A stretch of 64,000 nt of DNA from assembly GCF_009914755.1 (NCBI RefSeq), contig NC_060930.1; one strand, 5' to 3'. The position numbers and the translations under genes are program-made. Every line of letters begins with the position of its first letter. The first letter of the stretch is position 1. The stretch comes from the human T2T-CHM13v2.0 reference genome, Homo sapiens. Shown here one piece after another: positions 10,899 to 26,366 of the stretch. The notes under the pieces are model-generated. The model was not told where the DNA came from, did no database searches, and saw only the letters and a program-made list of their open reading frames with translations.

Positions 10899-13800
10899 TT
10901 ATGGTTTTATATAACAATTACTTTTAAAAACTCGTTTGTCGATTGCACAACAATTTACTGAGAAATTTTGGCCCCTCTATTTAAAATATTCTTTCCTTTT
11001 AAAATTAAAATGTGCATGAATGAAAAAGATGGATAGACTGAGTTATAATCAGGCTTGATCAATAAGATACTACTCTAACTTCATTGTACACTTGATTTGT
11101 ATGTCTGTGTATGAAGGCCATATGTTTACATTGTATACACCCAGGCTGTAAACACATGTGCATTGGGTTTATTATAATTTTCTTGATGTTCTCAATAGTT
11201 TAAAAATTAAAAAAAAAAAACAAGATAAAACCACTTATAGAATTATTTCTCAATAATTGCTTAGAATTAGTATTCTATGTAAATGTTTATAATTCATAGC
11301 TTCATGTAATTAGAAAACCCTTAAATGACAGATGCTAATACAACATTTTTACCTGACAGGCTATATGATATCCAACAAATCTCTTTGGCAAAGATATGTC
11401 AAATAAACTTTTTTGATAAAGTCAAGATTTATATATTCAATTTTATATTCAGTATCCTAATAAATAGTGTAAACTATTACTTAAAGTCATCTTAATTATA
11501 TTGATTATGTATAAAATGTTTAATGAAAGATACAGAAATAAAATAAAAACATGATCCTTATTTCTATTATTATGTAATGAATGAAAATACATTAGAAAGC
11601 ATGTCAAGATGAAGATGGTGATTATATTTTTAAGTGAATAATTCTGATGAATTGGACAAATCCTTAAGAAACCCCAAAAAATGGACATAGAAAATTTAAT
11701 CATTGAATGTTCAACTCCAAATATATTCTTACCCTTTAAAAATATTACATTACAGTAAGTAAGATGATGTCTTAATTAATACTTGCAGATCTCAAACAGT
11801 GTTTCTTTTACTTGGGGGAGGACAAAAAGGTAGGAGACTATCATTTCTGGACAAGACAGTAATTTAAATGTGCCAAGGATTCAACCAAAACTCTTAACAG
11901 ACAAGAAAAATGGTCCACTATTTTTTTTTTCATGTTCTCACTTATTTGTCTTATATGTCTATGTCTCATTATCCCATGGCATAGCTTGTGTGTTTTCACT
12001 CAAACTAACTATCCAAACCTAGGAGAATGATTAGAAAATGTTTCCTTTTGTAGCTTCGACATCATTTCTGTGCTTCAGCTTCATAGTAAAGAATTATGAT
12101 TTCTATGTCGGAAACGAAAAAAGGCCAAATTTGTTAATGGCTAGTCAGAATTTTTTGTTGCCAGTAATGTATTGTTTAAAGGAATATTTACACAGTACTG
12201 ATGAAGTCTAATTAATATACTTGATCATTTTCAACTAAGAAGAGCATTAAATATTTTTCCCTGATATTTCCATGATATATTGAGAAAGAAAATAGTTCAA
12301 TAACACAATTGAGTAAGATAAGCTTCTATTTATTGGTCGATACTAACTATTTTTATATTTCATATGTGCCTGGAGACTCTATAATCACACACCTTTTATA
12401 AATCACACACAAAAAATTAATATATATGGACTGCTTATATTGTAAGAGAGAAAAAAATAACTGTTTACTTTCACAAATGTCCCACTCTTCTAATTATAAT
12501 GTACCTTTACTTTTATGTGCCAATGAAAAGAACACCTCCTACAAGAAAAAGTCTGAATATGTAGAAGAAATTATCCCTATGATGGAGTTTTATAAGACAA
12601 CTTTAAAAAATACAAGAACATATGCCCTTACAATGAGCACAAGCCCATATTGCTAAATTGTGTATCATTTTAAGGGATAAAAAATCTTTTTACTGGTGCT
12701 CGCATTTAAGGGTGTAATTTGAATACCTAGGAAATCAATATCTGCTTTACTATGTGATTACAGTCAAATAATTGAAGTATCAGACAAGCAGTGAACCACA
12801 GGGTTTTTCTGTGCAAACAGCAAGGCATTCTAACTACAAAGCTCTTCTCAATGCTAGTGGACCTCAGGTTATAATTACATAAAACTTTAAAATGTACTAT
12901 TTTTTCAAAAGATCCTGTTGGGGTAATCATTCAAGGGAAGAAAGAATTTCTAAAAATACCAGAATTGACACTTCCTGCTGAGGCAAGAAAGAAGGAACTG
13001 TTTAAAGGTAAATTGATAAGGAAGATTCTGGAGGGCTCTTATTCATAGCACCTAACAATGCCATCCTCCTGGTCATTTGGAGCATTTCATGCACAGCTTG
13101 GAGTACCTTAGAAGCATTCAGCTTCATTCTTCACCAGATCATCAGGGATAGTGCTTTTCCTTTATTCACTTCCAAAGGCTTAAATCTCTCTTTCTGGACA
13201 ACTCTCATATCTTCTACTGAAAATACTTTCTATCTGATAGGGGCAAATTCTTCAGAACCAGAGCCAGTGTGCTATTGCAGCCGCTGAGCCAATCTTTACT
13301 ACACACATCATCCAGCAATACCTGGATCAAAGACAAATGTGCCTACAGGGACAACTAGGTTGGGTTGAAGCTAAACAGGACAAACAGTTAATAAATGGCA
13401 ATTGATACTTAGTGTCAGGGTTGGGTTGGAGTGGGGTGTGACTCAGAGTATAACAAACAGAATGTCCTCCTTATGCTGTCATTCAACTTCAGTGCTTTAA
13501 TGGACATTTCTGTGTGTGAGAATTTCAGCCCAGTTTTTCTGATCTTTACATTCTTTGAATGAAAAAAAAACAAGAATTTTACACATTTCTGTAAAATGTT
13601 TCAACTTGCAAATATTGAAAAATTGGCTACTAGCTAACAGGCTTTTGTGGGAAAGTAATTCCTTCATAAATTTATATATAAAGTATTTTGCATAGTAGTC
13701 AAAGTAATTATAAAGCATAGAAATTAATTTTACTTATTGCTGTATATCATTGATAACTTACAATGTTACTAGAATTACCAAACATATTTTTTGTACACAG

Positions 13801-14453
13801 AGTGATACTGCAAAATTGAAGTATTTGAATATGCTTTATAATTCTAATTTCCCATTTAAATAAAACAGTTCATTGGCCTGTTTTAACTCAGAGAAGCTGA
13901 GTTAAACGCTCTTACTTTTGACAATGCACACGGTAAAAGCTTCCATGTAATGAAATCTATAAAATTACTTCCTGATTTCAAAGAGATTTCCAATTTGGAT
14001 GATGTCATCAATTTCAACTCTATACTTATTGCAATGAGGTCATGATTTTCCTTGTATTTCTCAATTAAGAAAAAAGAAACAAACGAATATATCATATGTG
14101 ACATTGTTTAATCAATAATAATAATGATTGCATTTTAAGCAAAAGACTACATTTTAACAAATAATTTATCATATTCAGTCACTTAAAGGCCTTGTTATAT
14201 TATTTTTGTATATTATGTCTATTTCTCTACAGTATAGTGGGCATTTTGTCAAACAACTCAAACTAAAACTTTAAATTTCATGATTATAGCTAACATGTTA
14301 TGTAGTACATACTGAAGGAAAGGGAGGACTAGAGAGTATTCTAAGTTATTTCTCCAATGTCTATGTTCTAGAGACTGTGTATACTTTTTCTTGATCTTCA
14401 AAAGTAATACAGGAAATGAGTAGTCACATGAAGAGTGTCGTAAAATTGTGCTT

Positions 14454-14508
14454 GCTGAGCATGGTGGTGCATGCCTATAATCCCAGCTACTCAAGAGGCT
14501 GAGGCAGG
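14454..14508 (+). mobile_element. Short Alu right-arm/7SL-like 5' fragment
   Basis: gctgagcatggtggtgcatgcctataatcccagctactcaagaggctgaggcagg, then an abrupt end. Confidence 0.85.
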
Positions 14509-15734
14509 GTTTAATAAACTATGGTTCATTAATATATAAGGCCACATTACTAAATTATTTTCTATTAATTACATTGATTTTATCAGCAGTTTTTTGATAC
14601 CTGCCCAGCAATTTTAGCCTGTTTCTCTGTTAATAACACTTGGGCCATTACCGTTCTCTCCTGTGTGGCTGTTTTGTACTTTCAAACAAGATTTAATTAC
14701 AAATAAACAAATTTCTACAATTACAGATAAACACATTTTTATTGCTATTCAAGACCAGCCTAAGTTTGGAACTAATGAGTTATTCTTGCCTTATTTCACA
14801 ATACATGGTATATACTCAATATATAAGCAATATATACTCAATATACTTAATATAACATGATGAATATCTAAAGTACTCTATCAGATATCTCAAATATGCC
14901 TTACATTTATGTCTCAAAATTTGGTAAGTTTCTATGCTCTTTCTCTTTCTGGAATACCTTTCTTCCTACTATCTTTTAAAATGTTACTTAATTATAATAG
15001 ATGCACTATTATTTATTTCTTTTGTCCAATATCAAAAACCTCTTTTTATATTTGATGAACTTAGTGGATGACAGATTTTGTCTCACACTACAAAAACCCA
15101 AATATCTGATATTCATGGCTCAAGTCTCCCATACAATGAAAACACAGGAGTGACCTTGGCTTGGGAAGTTAAATGTACCTCCTCTGAATTTTGAGTTGGA
15201 AGCTAAGGTTAACAAAAACCAAAAGAGTGAAGAAATGCAGTGTTGACAGAAGTGGTAGCAGTGTTATACAGTCTCTATACACAGAAGTAACCTTGTGAGC
15301 AAGGGTAGTGTCCTGTGGCTTTTTTATGGATAGGTTACATCTAGTGTTCTACTGGTTGCTGTAATGTTATTCTTGCCTGTGGCTTGGGAGGCATGGCCTT
15401 CTTTTCTCTTGTTTGTTTCTATATCCTGGTTCTTCAATTGTACCAGTATTTCTGTGACCTTTCCATCTTTCAAATAATTTCTTTTTTATTCAATTACAGA
15501 TCACTTTTATTGCTTGCAACTAAGAAAATGGAGAATAACACTCATTGGTAAGGGGCTGGGATAGTAAAGGCAACTGGTATCCAGCTGTTGCCCAAGAATT
15601 TACCTGTCTCATTAAATAAAAATATTATAGAAATATGTAGATTGTTTTCACCTGTCAGGGACATTAATTTGTCTTTCCCATTTTTTCCCTCCAGATTACG
15701 TGAATTCTTAAATTTTGTGCAGTTATTTAAACTG

Positions 15735-16058
<324 letters not shown>

Positions 16059-16436
16059 TAAAGATTTTAATAATCTCCAATCAATCATAAACCACCACAT
16101 TAGTCTATAAATTAAAGATATTATATTCATAAAACAGGAAAACAGAAATTAATAGACAAGCAATATTCCTGTGAGGGTAAGAGATATATCCCATAACATG
16201 TAGAGGTTTGACACCTCCGTAAATCATCTGAGGAAAGGGGATTCATGTACATGTACATGTACGTGCCCTCAAAATAAAGCACAATTTTCTTTACCTTGTG
16301 CTCTGCTATTTAATATGGGAAATATTGACTGGCAGAGTTCACTTATAGTGGAAAGGCATCATATGACATGTTTTGGCCTACTGACACATTAATCAGGTAA
16401 TTGATATATACATTTTATCATATTTAATTCTATCAA

Positions 16437-16579
16437 GGCAGAACGTGGTAGCTCACACATGTAATCCTAGCACTTTGGGAGATGGTGGCAAGAGGGATCA
16501 CTTGAGCCCAGGAGTTTGAGGCCAACCTGAGCAATATAATAAGAACTCATCTCTAAATAATAAATAAATAAATAAATTC
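16437..16579 (+). mobile_element. FLAM (free left Alu monomer)
   Basis: Single monomer ending in (TAAA)n; TSD taattctatcaa (16425-16436) and taattttatcaa (16580-16591). Confidence 0.88.
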
Positions 16580-16925
16580 TAATTTTATCAATTTAATGGC
16601 CAAAATTTGACTTTCCTTATTATTGATGAAATAGAGTATCTCTTTATATAAAGATCATTTTAAAAGTATGTTTTACAGGTATTGATTTCATTTGTATGAC
16701 ACTATTACTCAAATATCTTTATTTTTATTTTTATGTAGGCAACATACTTATTTTTGCTTCATGGTTTTTCTCTCTCTCTCTGTCTCATGTGTATATATAA
16801 GGTCATGACCCCACATTTTATTTTCTACATTATAGTATGTAATAAATTTGGAATTGTTTTAAATATAATTCATGATTTAGAAATATAGGGATATAACTTC
16901 ATTATTTAAGAAAGTACCAAGTTTT

Positions 16926-17130
16926 GGCTGGGTGCAGTGGCTCACGCCTATAATCTCAGCACTTTGGAGGCTAAGGCTGGTGGATCACTTGAAGCCAGGA
17001 GTTGGAGAGCAGCCTGGCCAACATGGTGAATCTCTGTCTTCAATAAAAATAAAAAATAGCCAGGTGTGGTGGCATATGCCTGTAGTCCCAACTACTATAG
17101 CTTGAGTACACAAGACTCTGTCTCAAAAAA
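16926..17130 (+). mobile_element. Alu (J/old S) with a right-arm internal deletion
   Basis: Complete left arm; right arm jumps from gtcccaactact to the gactctgtctcaaaa end. Confidence 0.9.
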
Positions 17131-17134
17131 TTAA

Positions 17135-20100
17135 GCATGGAGCCATTTGGTCTCAGGCTTTTCTTTACTAGGAGATTTCTTATTATGGATTTGATCTCAC
17201 TACCTGTTATGGTCTGTTTGGGTTTTAGATTTCTTCAGGGTTCAATCTTAGTTAAGGTGTATGTGTCTAGGAATTTATCCATTTCCTCTAAATTTTCTAA
17301 CTTTTTGGAATGCAGTTGCTAATAGTAGCCACTAATGATCCCTTACATTTCTGTGTTATCAATTGTAATGTCTCTGTTTTCATCTCTGATTTTATTTATT
17401 TGGGTCCTGTCTCCTTTTTTTCTTAGTCTAGCTGAAGGTTTGTTCATTTATCTTTTCAACAAACCAATTTCCTCTTTCATTGATCTTTTGTATTGTTTTC
17501 TCTATTTCAAACTCATTTATTTCTGCTTCAATCTTTATTATTTGTTTTATTTTACTAGTTTTGGGTTTGGTTTGCTGTTGCTTTCCTAGTTCTTTAAGAC
17601 ACAACATTAGGCTATGCAGTTGATATTTTTCTTTTTTTTATGTAAGCACTTATAGTTATAAATTTTCCTCTTAATATTGCTTTCACTGTTTCCACAGGTT
17701 TTGTTATGTTGTGTTTCCATTATCATTTGTTTCAAGGAATTTTTAAATTTTCTTCTTAATTTCTTCATTGAACCACTGGATATTGGGAGCATATTTTTAA
17801 AATTTTCATGTGTTTATATAGTTTCTAAAATTTCTAGTTTTATTCCATTGTAGTTGGAGAAAATGCTTGATATTATTTCAATTTTTGAATAAGACTTGTT
17901 TTGTGACCTAACATATGATCCATCCTTGAGAACAATTCATGTGCTGAGGAGAAAAAAATGTGTATTTGGCAGCCATTGGATAAAACGTTGTGTAAATACC
18001 TGTTAGGTCAATTTGGTCTACAGTGCAGATTATGTCTGACTTATTTTTGTTGTTGATTTTCTGTCTGGAAGATCTTTCCAATGCTCAAAGTGGATGTTAA
18101 AGTGTCTAGCTGCTATTGTATAGAGATCTATTTCTCTCTTTAGCTCTAATAATATTTGCTATATATACTCCCAGTGCTGGATGCATATATATTTACTATT
18201 GTTATGTCCTCTTGTTGAATTGATCCCTTTATCATTATATAATGACTTTCTTTGTCTGTTCTTAAAGTTTTGTCTTGAAATCTGTTTTGTCTGATATAGC
18301 TACTCCTGCTCTTTTTGGTTTCCACTGGCATGAAATGTCTTTTTCCTTCTTTTTTTATTTTCAGTTCATGTGTATCTTTACAGGTGAATGTGTTCCTTGT
18401 AGGAAACAGATCACTGGGTCATACTCTTTTATTCATTCAGCTTTTCTATGTCTTTTGTTTGGATAGTTTAGTCCATTTACATTCAATGTTACTAGTCATA
18501 AGCAAACATTTACTCCTGCCATTTTGTTATTTGTTTTCTGACTGTTTTGTTTTCTTCTCTTTTTTTCTTTCTTTCCTGTCTTCCTTTTAGTGAAGGAGAT
18601 TTTCTCTGGTTGCATGATTTAACTTTCTGCTTTTTATCTCTTTTGTGTACCTGTTGTATATTTTGTGATTTGAGTTTATCCTAAGACTTGCAAATACTAT
18701 CTTATAACTCAATATCTTACACTAATGACAACACTGATTATATAAACATAGAGGAAAAAGGAACACCAATAACTCAGATTTGTGCCTTTTGAGGCTATTT
18801 TGTAGATCCTATAGGCATGCTTCATTCTTTTTTATTATTTTTTCTTTTATCTACTCTGACTGTGTATTTCCAAGTAGTCTGTCTTCAAGCTCACTAATTC
18901 TTTCTTCTACTTGATCAATCCTGCTTTTAAGAGACATGCATTCTTTAGTATATCAATTGCATTTTTCAACCCTAAAATTTCTGCTTGATTCTTTTTACCA
19001 ATTTCAGTCTCTTTGGTATATTTATCTGCTAGAATTCTGAAATTCTTCTCTGTGTTATATTGAATTTCTTTGGGTCTACTTTGAATTCTTTGTCTGAAAG
19101 GTTAAATATATCTGTTTCTCCAGGATTAGTCCCAGATTCCTTATTTAGTTGATTTGGTGAGATGATGTTTTCCTGGATGGTCTTGATGTTCGTAAATATT
19201 TGTCAGTGTCTAGGCATTGAAGAGTTAGGCGTTTATTGTAGTCTTTGCAGTCTGGGCTTCCTTGTGCCCATCCTTCTTGGGAAGGCTTTCCAGTTATTTG
19301 AAAGGACTTGGGCCTAAAACCCAATAATGCTGTGGTTCTTGCAGACTCATAGAAGTACTACTTTGGTGATCTTAGATAAAATCTAGAAGTCTTTTGATTA
19401 CCATTCAGAGACTTTTGTTCTTTTCCCTTACTTTCTCCCCAGCAGAGTCTCTTTCTCTGTGACGTGTTTCCTGGAATTGGGGGTGGAGAGACACAAACAC
19501 TCCTGTGGCCACCACCACCAGAACTGTGCTAGTTCAGACCTGAAGTCAGCATAGCACTTGGTATCACCCAAGGCCTACTCTAACAATTACCTGGCTACTA
19601 TCTAAGTTCACTCAAGGCCCTAGGGCTCTACAATTAGCAGGTGCAAAGCTAGTCAGGTTTTTGTTCTTCCCTTCAGGGCAATGAGTTCTCCCAGGCCCCA
19701 GGTAGGTCCAGATGTGTTGTCTGGGAACCAGGGATTGAAATAAAAAACATAGAAAATTACCTTATGTTCTATTCTACTGTGGCTAAGCTGGCACTCAAAC
19801 CACAAGACAGAATCTCTCCCCCTCTTCTCTCCCCTTTCCACAGGCAGAAGAGCCTCTTCCTGTGCCCACCACTACCATCAGCCTATGGGGGTTCTGCCAC
19901 ATCACCATCAATATTCACTTAAAGCCCAGGGACTCTTCAGCTAGCTTGTGATGAATGCTGTCAGGCCTGGGACTCACTCTTCAGGGCAGTGGGCTCCCCT
20001 CTGGCTCAGAACAGGTCCAAAAATGCTGTCCAATAGTCCAGGCCAGGAATCAAGGACCCCAAGAGCCTGCTTAGTGCTCTACATCACTTGGCTGAGGTGA

Positions 20101-21040
20101 TACATAAGGTACAGACAGAGTCCCATTGACTTTTCCCCCTGCTTTCTCAAACAGGAGGCTTTCATCATAGTCACCACAGCTGGGAACGTGCTGGGTCACA
20201 CCTGAAGCAAGCACATTTCAGAGCCCAATGCCATGGCATATTACCTGGGTATCATTGTTGGTTATTTAGGGCCCAGGTACTCTTTAGTGGGCAGACGGTA
20301 AATCCTGGCATATCTCCACCATGATAGGGCAACACTGAGTTCAATGTAAAGTCCATCAGTCACTGCTTTCTCCCTTTCCCAAGCACACAGATTTCTCAAC
20401 ACTATAGGACCACTGCCATTGGTAGGGGAAGGGTAGCACAAACCCTCCCTTAGCTACCCCAGCTGGTGTCTCAGTAGGTTGCATGCCTACCCCAGTCTAC
20501 TGGCTCTGAATCCAACTCAGCACTAGGACTTGCCCAGGAATTTCAGTCCTTGTGGTCTATACTGCCCCTCAAGTTCACTTGGAGCCCCAGTGCACTTCAG
20601 CCATGGTGGTGATGTTTGCTGGAACTCAGGCTCTGTCCACTGGGATGGACCATTCCTTGCTAGCTAAGGCCATTCCAGATGTTCCATTTCTGGGCAGGGG
20701 TCAGCTGAGTACAGTCCAGCTCTGCTTTCTGCTATGACAAGGCATCACAGTTCAATGAATAACCTCACAATTGTTGTACTCTCCTCAGAAATGCACAGAT
20801 CCTTTACACCATGTGGCCACTGCAAGGGATGGTGGCAGAATGGTGTCAGCAATTCAAGACTTTCTTTTCTGCTTTCTTCAATGTCTCTTTCAGTGATATC
20901 AAGTTAAAACTATGTACTATGATTGCTCGCCTACTTTTTGGTCCTTGTGATGGTGGTTTTTGTGTGTAGTTAGTTGATAAAATTTGGTGTCCCTATTGGG
21001 GGAACAAAGGTGTAAGCTTCTATTTGGTCATCCTACTCTG
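17135..21040 (-). mobile_element. Old L1 (L1M1/L1M2, L1MA/L1PB class): 5'UTR, partial ORF1, inter-ORF region, ORF2 endonuclease; 3'-truncated
   Basis: Minus-strand 5' end gagtaggatgaccaaatagaagc near 21037; ORF2 ATG (MAGV...) at 18522; EN remnant IMIKGSIQQEDITIVNIYA in ORF 18146-18331; many stops and frameshifts. Confidence 0.9.
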
Positions 21041-21196
21041 GAGGGTTTCTTTTTATTATTTATTTCTCTCCTCCTTCCTTTCTTTCACCCTTCTTCCTTT
21101 TCTTTCTTCCTCTCTCCCATTTTTTCTTCTTGTCTTTGTTTCCTTTGTTGTTGTCACTTGTCACAGCCTTTCTCTCATGGTTTTACTTTCAGATAA

Positions 21197-21554
<358 letters not shown>

Positions 21555-21587
21555 TTCATTCACTATCTAGTGAACTTAATATATAGG

Positions 21588-21757
21588 TTGATTCAATTTC
21601 TTTCCATTATTTTTACATAAAAATAAAATACTGCTGTTGTTTCTCAATTCAAACAAATGTGATTACTGAATTTTGATTCAATTTCTTTCCATTATTTTTA
21701 CATAAAAATAAAATACTGCTGTTGTTTCTCAATTCAAACAAATGTGATTATTGAATT
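21588..21757. repeat. Tandem duplication, 2 x 85 bp
   Basis: 21588-21672 and 21673-21757 differ at one base (gattactgaatt vs gattattgaatt). Confidence 0.97.
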
Positions 21758-21954
21758 AAAAACTGAGAAACAAATAGTGACCTAATGTTATATCTTCTTC
21801 TCATACTTTTGATTTTAAAATCCAGTTTAAGTAGAAAAACGGTATTGTCACAGAATATTACTTGCGTGCTTATAAAGGTAGAAGTCTCCAAATTAGGAAA
21901 ATCTTTTGTCTTAAAAAGATTATGCACAATTTAATTAGTACTTTCACTGTCTGA

Positions 21955-22373
21955 ATTCTTCAGGAATGACATACATTACCATGTGGAATGTTCAGGAGGA
22001 AGTGCTCTTGGGATTAACACTATGCAGGGAAGGAAGCAAGCAGTATTGAGAAGAGAGGGAAGTTGAGCCACCATGCAGTCCTAACCAAGGGCTCAGCTAA
22101 ACCAATAGGAGCTCTAGACTTGTAACGAACCTTCGGATTTTCTCCCAGATAGGATGAGGGGACTATCTCTTAATAGCTTCACATTGATCGGCTATTATGA
22201 GAAATGCCTGTTGAAGAATCTGTGACCTTGAGCAAGGCAGTTCCTTTAACCAAGGCAAAACTTCAAATAGGCTGACAGCTGAGGAATATATGTGACGGTT
22301 ATCCAGAAACTGGGAGGATAAATATCTCAATCATAAGGGCATATCTAGAAATAACATCACAGTGTCCACCATA
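21955..22373 (-). mobile_element. LTR16-like ERVL solo LTR
   Basis: gtgctcttgggattaacac...gagggaagttgagccaccatgcagtc...gggctcagctaaaccaataggagctctaga...catcacagtgtccacca. Confidence 0.7.
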
Positions 22374-22836
22374 AGTACTGTTGAAACTGGCCATTTTTCA
22401 GTGTGAGAATCATAGAGATACTACTTCTGGATGAAATGAATAGGCAGCTTGTACATGTAAACAAATGTAAATGCCAATTATGCAATCATATTTTAAACAT
22501 CATTCATTGCCTATGAAGCCTGAAGAAAGGTATTGTTATTGGTATATCCTCAAAAAAAGTGTGTACCTTACACTGTATTTTGAAATTACTATGTACACAT
22601 TACTCATAAGTATAGAAGGAAGCTAAAAAGGCTTAAGAAACCAAAAATAATCCATACTTTTATTGGAAAAATTTATTATAACTGTGTCATGCAAAACATC
22701 CTATTTTATACTGCTTAAATTGAACACTTTCAAAATGAGAATGAGAATTTTGTTCCAGAAAATGGGCAGGCAGTAGTAGAGTTAGCATTTATTGAGCACT
22801 TAATATATGCAAGGTAATCCATAGCATGTACTGTAG

Positions 22837-23446
<610 letters not shown>

Positions 23447-24926
23447 CTATACTACATGCCCTTCATCCTGACAAAAAGTCAATCATTTCTTCATTTTTTT
23501 TTCTGACTGAGGAATAAAAGCTCTTCCAGAACTGAGATGTAGCATTATATTTCCCACCAAAAATATCCCAAAACAATGTAATTATTTAAAATAATAGGAA
23601 TATAGCAAATTGACATGGAGAAATTATTACTCATAGATAAAAATGGTAGAGATACAAACTAACTTTTCTACAAGGTCCTTTACATTTAAAGACCTTGTAA
23701 TGTGTTTGGAGAAAGGGGAAATAAACATAGAAAGCAAAGGACATTGGAAGTGATACAAAACAATTCACAATGGAAAAAATGTGACATTAAAATGTAGCGT
23801 GCAATAACAATAATAGGTCATAAAATAAATACTCAAGATTTCAGTGGAAAAAGAATTTAATGTGAACTCTAGTAACCTAGAGATCATTATTTAAAAGCAT
23901 GAGCTTTATCTGCGACTCAAAGAATTCTGAGAATCTGGGTAGTTGGAAAAATTGGGTAAGAGAAGTGATGGAAGAAAACTGCAGAATGTGAGTATTATTT
24001 AGCCAACTACTATTAGGATTATCCCTTTTAGGAAGGGAATGCTGACTAAGTATGAAGTGTCTTGAATCTGAGGCAAACAATTCTTAAACAGAGTGAAAAA
24101 GTATACTTTCTCTCCAGACATGTATGACAAGAGAACCATGTAAGAGCAACTAACAAAATTTCCTCCTTGCATAGAAATTCATCTGAAGATACCAAGAATA
24201 TCCAAATATAATACCTAAGATATATACTAATATATTTAGTGTGAGTGAATAAACAAATCTGAAAATCTAAGTATACCACAATTTTCTCTATGTATGCTTT
24301 TAGGAGCTTAGTAATTAATAAATGAGTCTTCTTTTTTCATCAAAGAAAAGAGCTATTCTGACATTAAGGAAGGAAAAAAAAGTAGGTCATTCACATTGTC
24401 AAATGGAGATATTACTTTTGTTACAGAAATCCTTTAAAGGTTGGCTTTCTCTTGTGGGGAAAAAGGATAGTGGTCATTACATTAAAAAATGTCCAGTAGA
24501 GTAGAAAAATAACATACCTACTAATAGTAAAGTTTAAAAGAACTAAAAATTTTAAAAAATACCAACAAAAAATGTACTAATAGGACCACTGCTCTATAAG
24601 AAGTATAATTTTGTTGTAAATACTTCACAAAATTTTTTGAGTACTCTGTTAACTTGTGTCATTGACATAAAACAAAGAGAGTAAGAACAACTCAAAAGTC
24701 TTTATTGCTAGCATTTTTCTGTGACTGTTTTTAGTGTCAATATTGTGTGTAATTTAAAGTCAGTGTCCTGGGCTCAGGGAGGCCTAATTATTTCTTCTTC
24801 TTCCTCACTATTTCATGCTTACTTCCCTAGTCCAATCCTCCATCTCCTGCTTGGTTTACTGACACAGTGACCCAGTATATACTCTCTCCCTTCATTCTAT
24901 TATATTATCCTCCCGAACGTTGTAAA

Positions 24927-25128
24927 CAGGAGTTGGCATTTTTAAAAAAATGTAAATCGTAAAATAGTAAATATTTTAGGTTATGTGAGAAATAAGGTCT
25001 CTGTTGCAAATACTCAACTCTGCTTTTATAGGTGTGAAATCATCTGTAGGCAATATAAATAAATTGGCATGGCTGTGTTCCAATAAAACTTTATTTCAAT
25101 AAAAAGGGCTATGGTTTGCCAGCCCATG
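24927..25128. mobile_element. MER58A hAT-Charlie MITE
   Basis: caggagttggca...atagtaaatattttagg...tactcaactctgc...ggctgtgttccaataaaactttatt...tttgccagcccatg. Confidence 0.85.
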
Positions 25129-26366
25129 TTGTGGAACATGTGTTTATTAAAGTGGCTGTGGATTCACTAAGATAAAGTGGGCAATGTCTGCTTCAAGAAG
25201 TGGGAGAATGATAAGTGAATACATACCATATGATGGGAAGACTGCAGCTATTAAAGTATAATATCTTAGAGTACCATAGAAGAGATGTTATCCTTGTCTT
25301 GAAACCCTATGCACTCTTTCATTTCTCTAGGCTTTAACCACACCATTCCCTGAAAGCAAAAGGAACTTTCACTACTGAAATCTTTGTTTCATCTTCACTT
25401 ATGACGTAAATATTATTGCTAACTTTGTTCTGTCATAAATATCACCCACAAATTGTCTAAGCAAGAACTTGTTAATCATAAAATTCAACTTAAATATTAT
25501 TTTCTCAGTATGATTTCCCTTGACTATCCTTTTAACATGTTCTAATATATTTTACTAGAGGAATTCAAAGCACAAAATAATGATAGCTAAAATTTATTTT
25601 TTAAATGAGCTGTATAATTGATATAGAGTATTTCAATTATAAAAGAGAAAAAACAACCTGACAATCTAAGAATTATGTCTTCTTATACATATCAGTAAAC
25701 AAAGGCATAGTGGTTCTGAATAGTTAATTTATTTTCCTAAATTTAGTAAAAACTTGTGTTAAATATTTGCTTGAAACTGCAGAAGCAGAATTTCTTTTCT
25801 TTATACCAGCCTACTCAATTATAGAACTTGTCAACTTTATTGCATTTATTTTTTTACACTTCTATTTGTAGCTCTGAGTTGAAAATTTCTGAAAGATAAA
25901 TTTTTGTATGTCTAACGCTTTATATAGTTCATGAAACTTACTGTTCTAAAAAGGTTTAAGAAATAAATTTTAAAAAATAAATTTATAAAGTTGTCAGATG
26001 TGCTCAGATTCATTATCAATCTTTCCTGCCTAGTATATAACCATTTATCTATCCCTATGGACCATTATACATATATGAGAAAAGAGGCAATGAAAGATTT
26101 ACTTCCCAATTCAAGAAGCATGCTAGATATTTATCAAAGTGACCTGCAGACAAACTACATCCCCTGAAGATATAATCAATTAAACTATACTGGGCTGAGG
26201 GAAGGGTTCAATTTTATATTGTTGGAACCATGTAATATAATGTCAACAATAAGGCATATGGATACATTATGAGATGAACAGACTCCAGAATGCCATCACT
26301 AACACTTTATAAACTTTGAGCTTCTGCTTTTAACACCAGATCACATAGGTAAGTTTGGATTGATAG

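Noticed and set aside
16245-16265. (CATGTA)3 palindromic repeat resembling a p53 site
   Set aside because: Lacks the RRRCWWGYYY flanks; simple slippage repeat.
26344-26354. Strong splice donor ATAG|GTAAGT (also a minus-strand GTGAGT near 61921)
   Set aside because: No convincing paired acceptor or coding frame; lncRNA exons cannot be called without transcript data.
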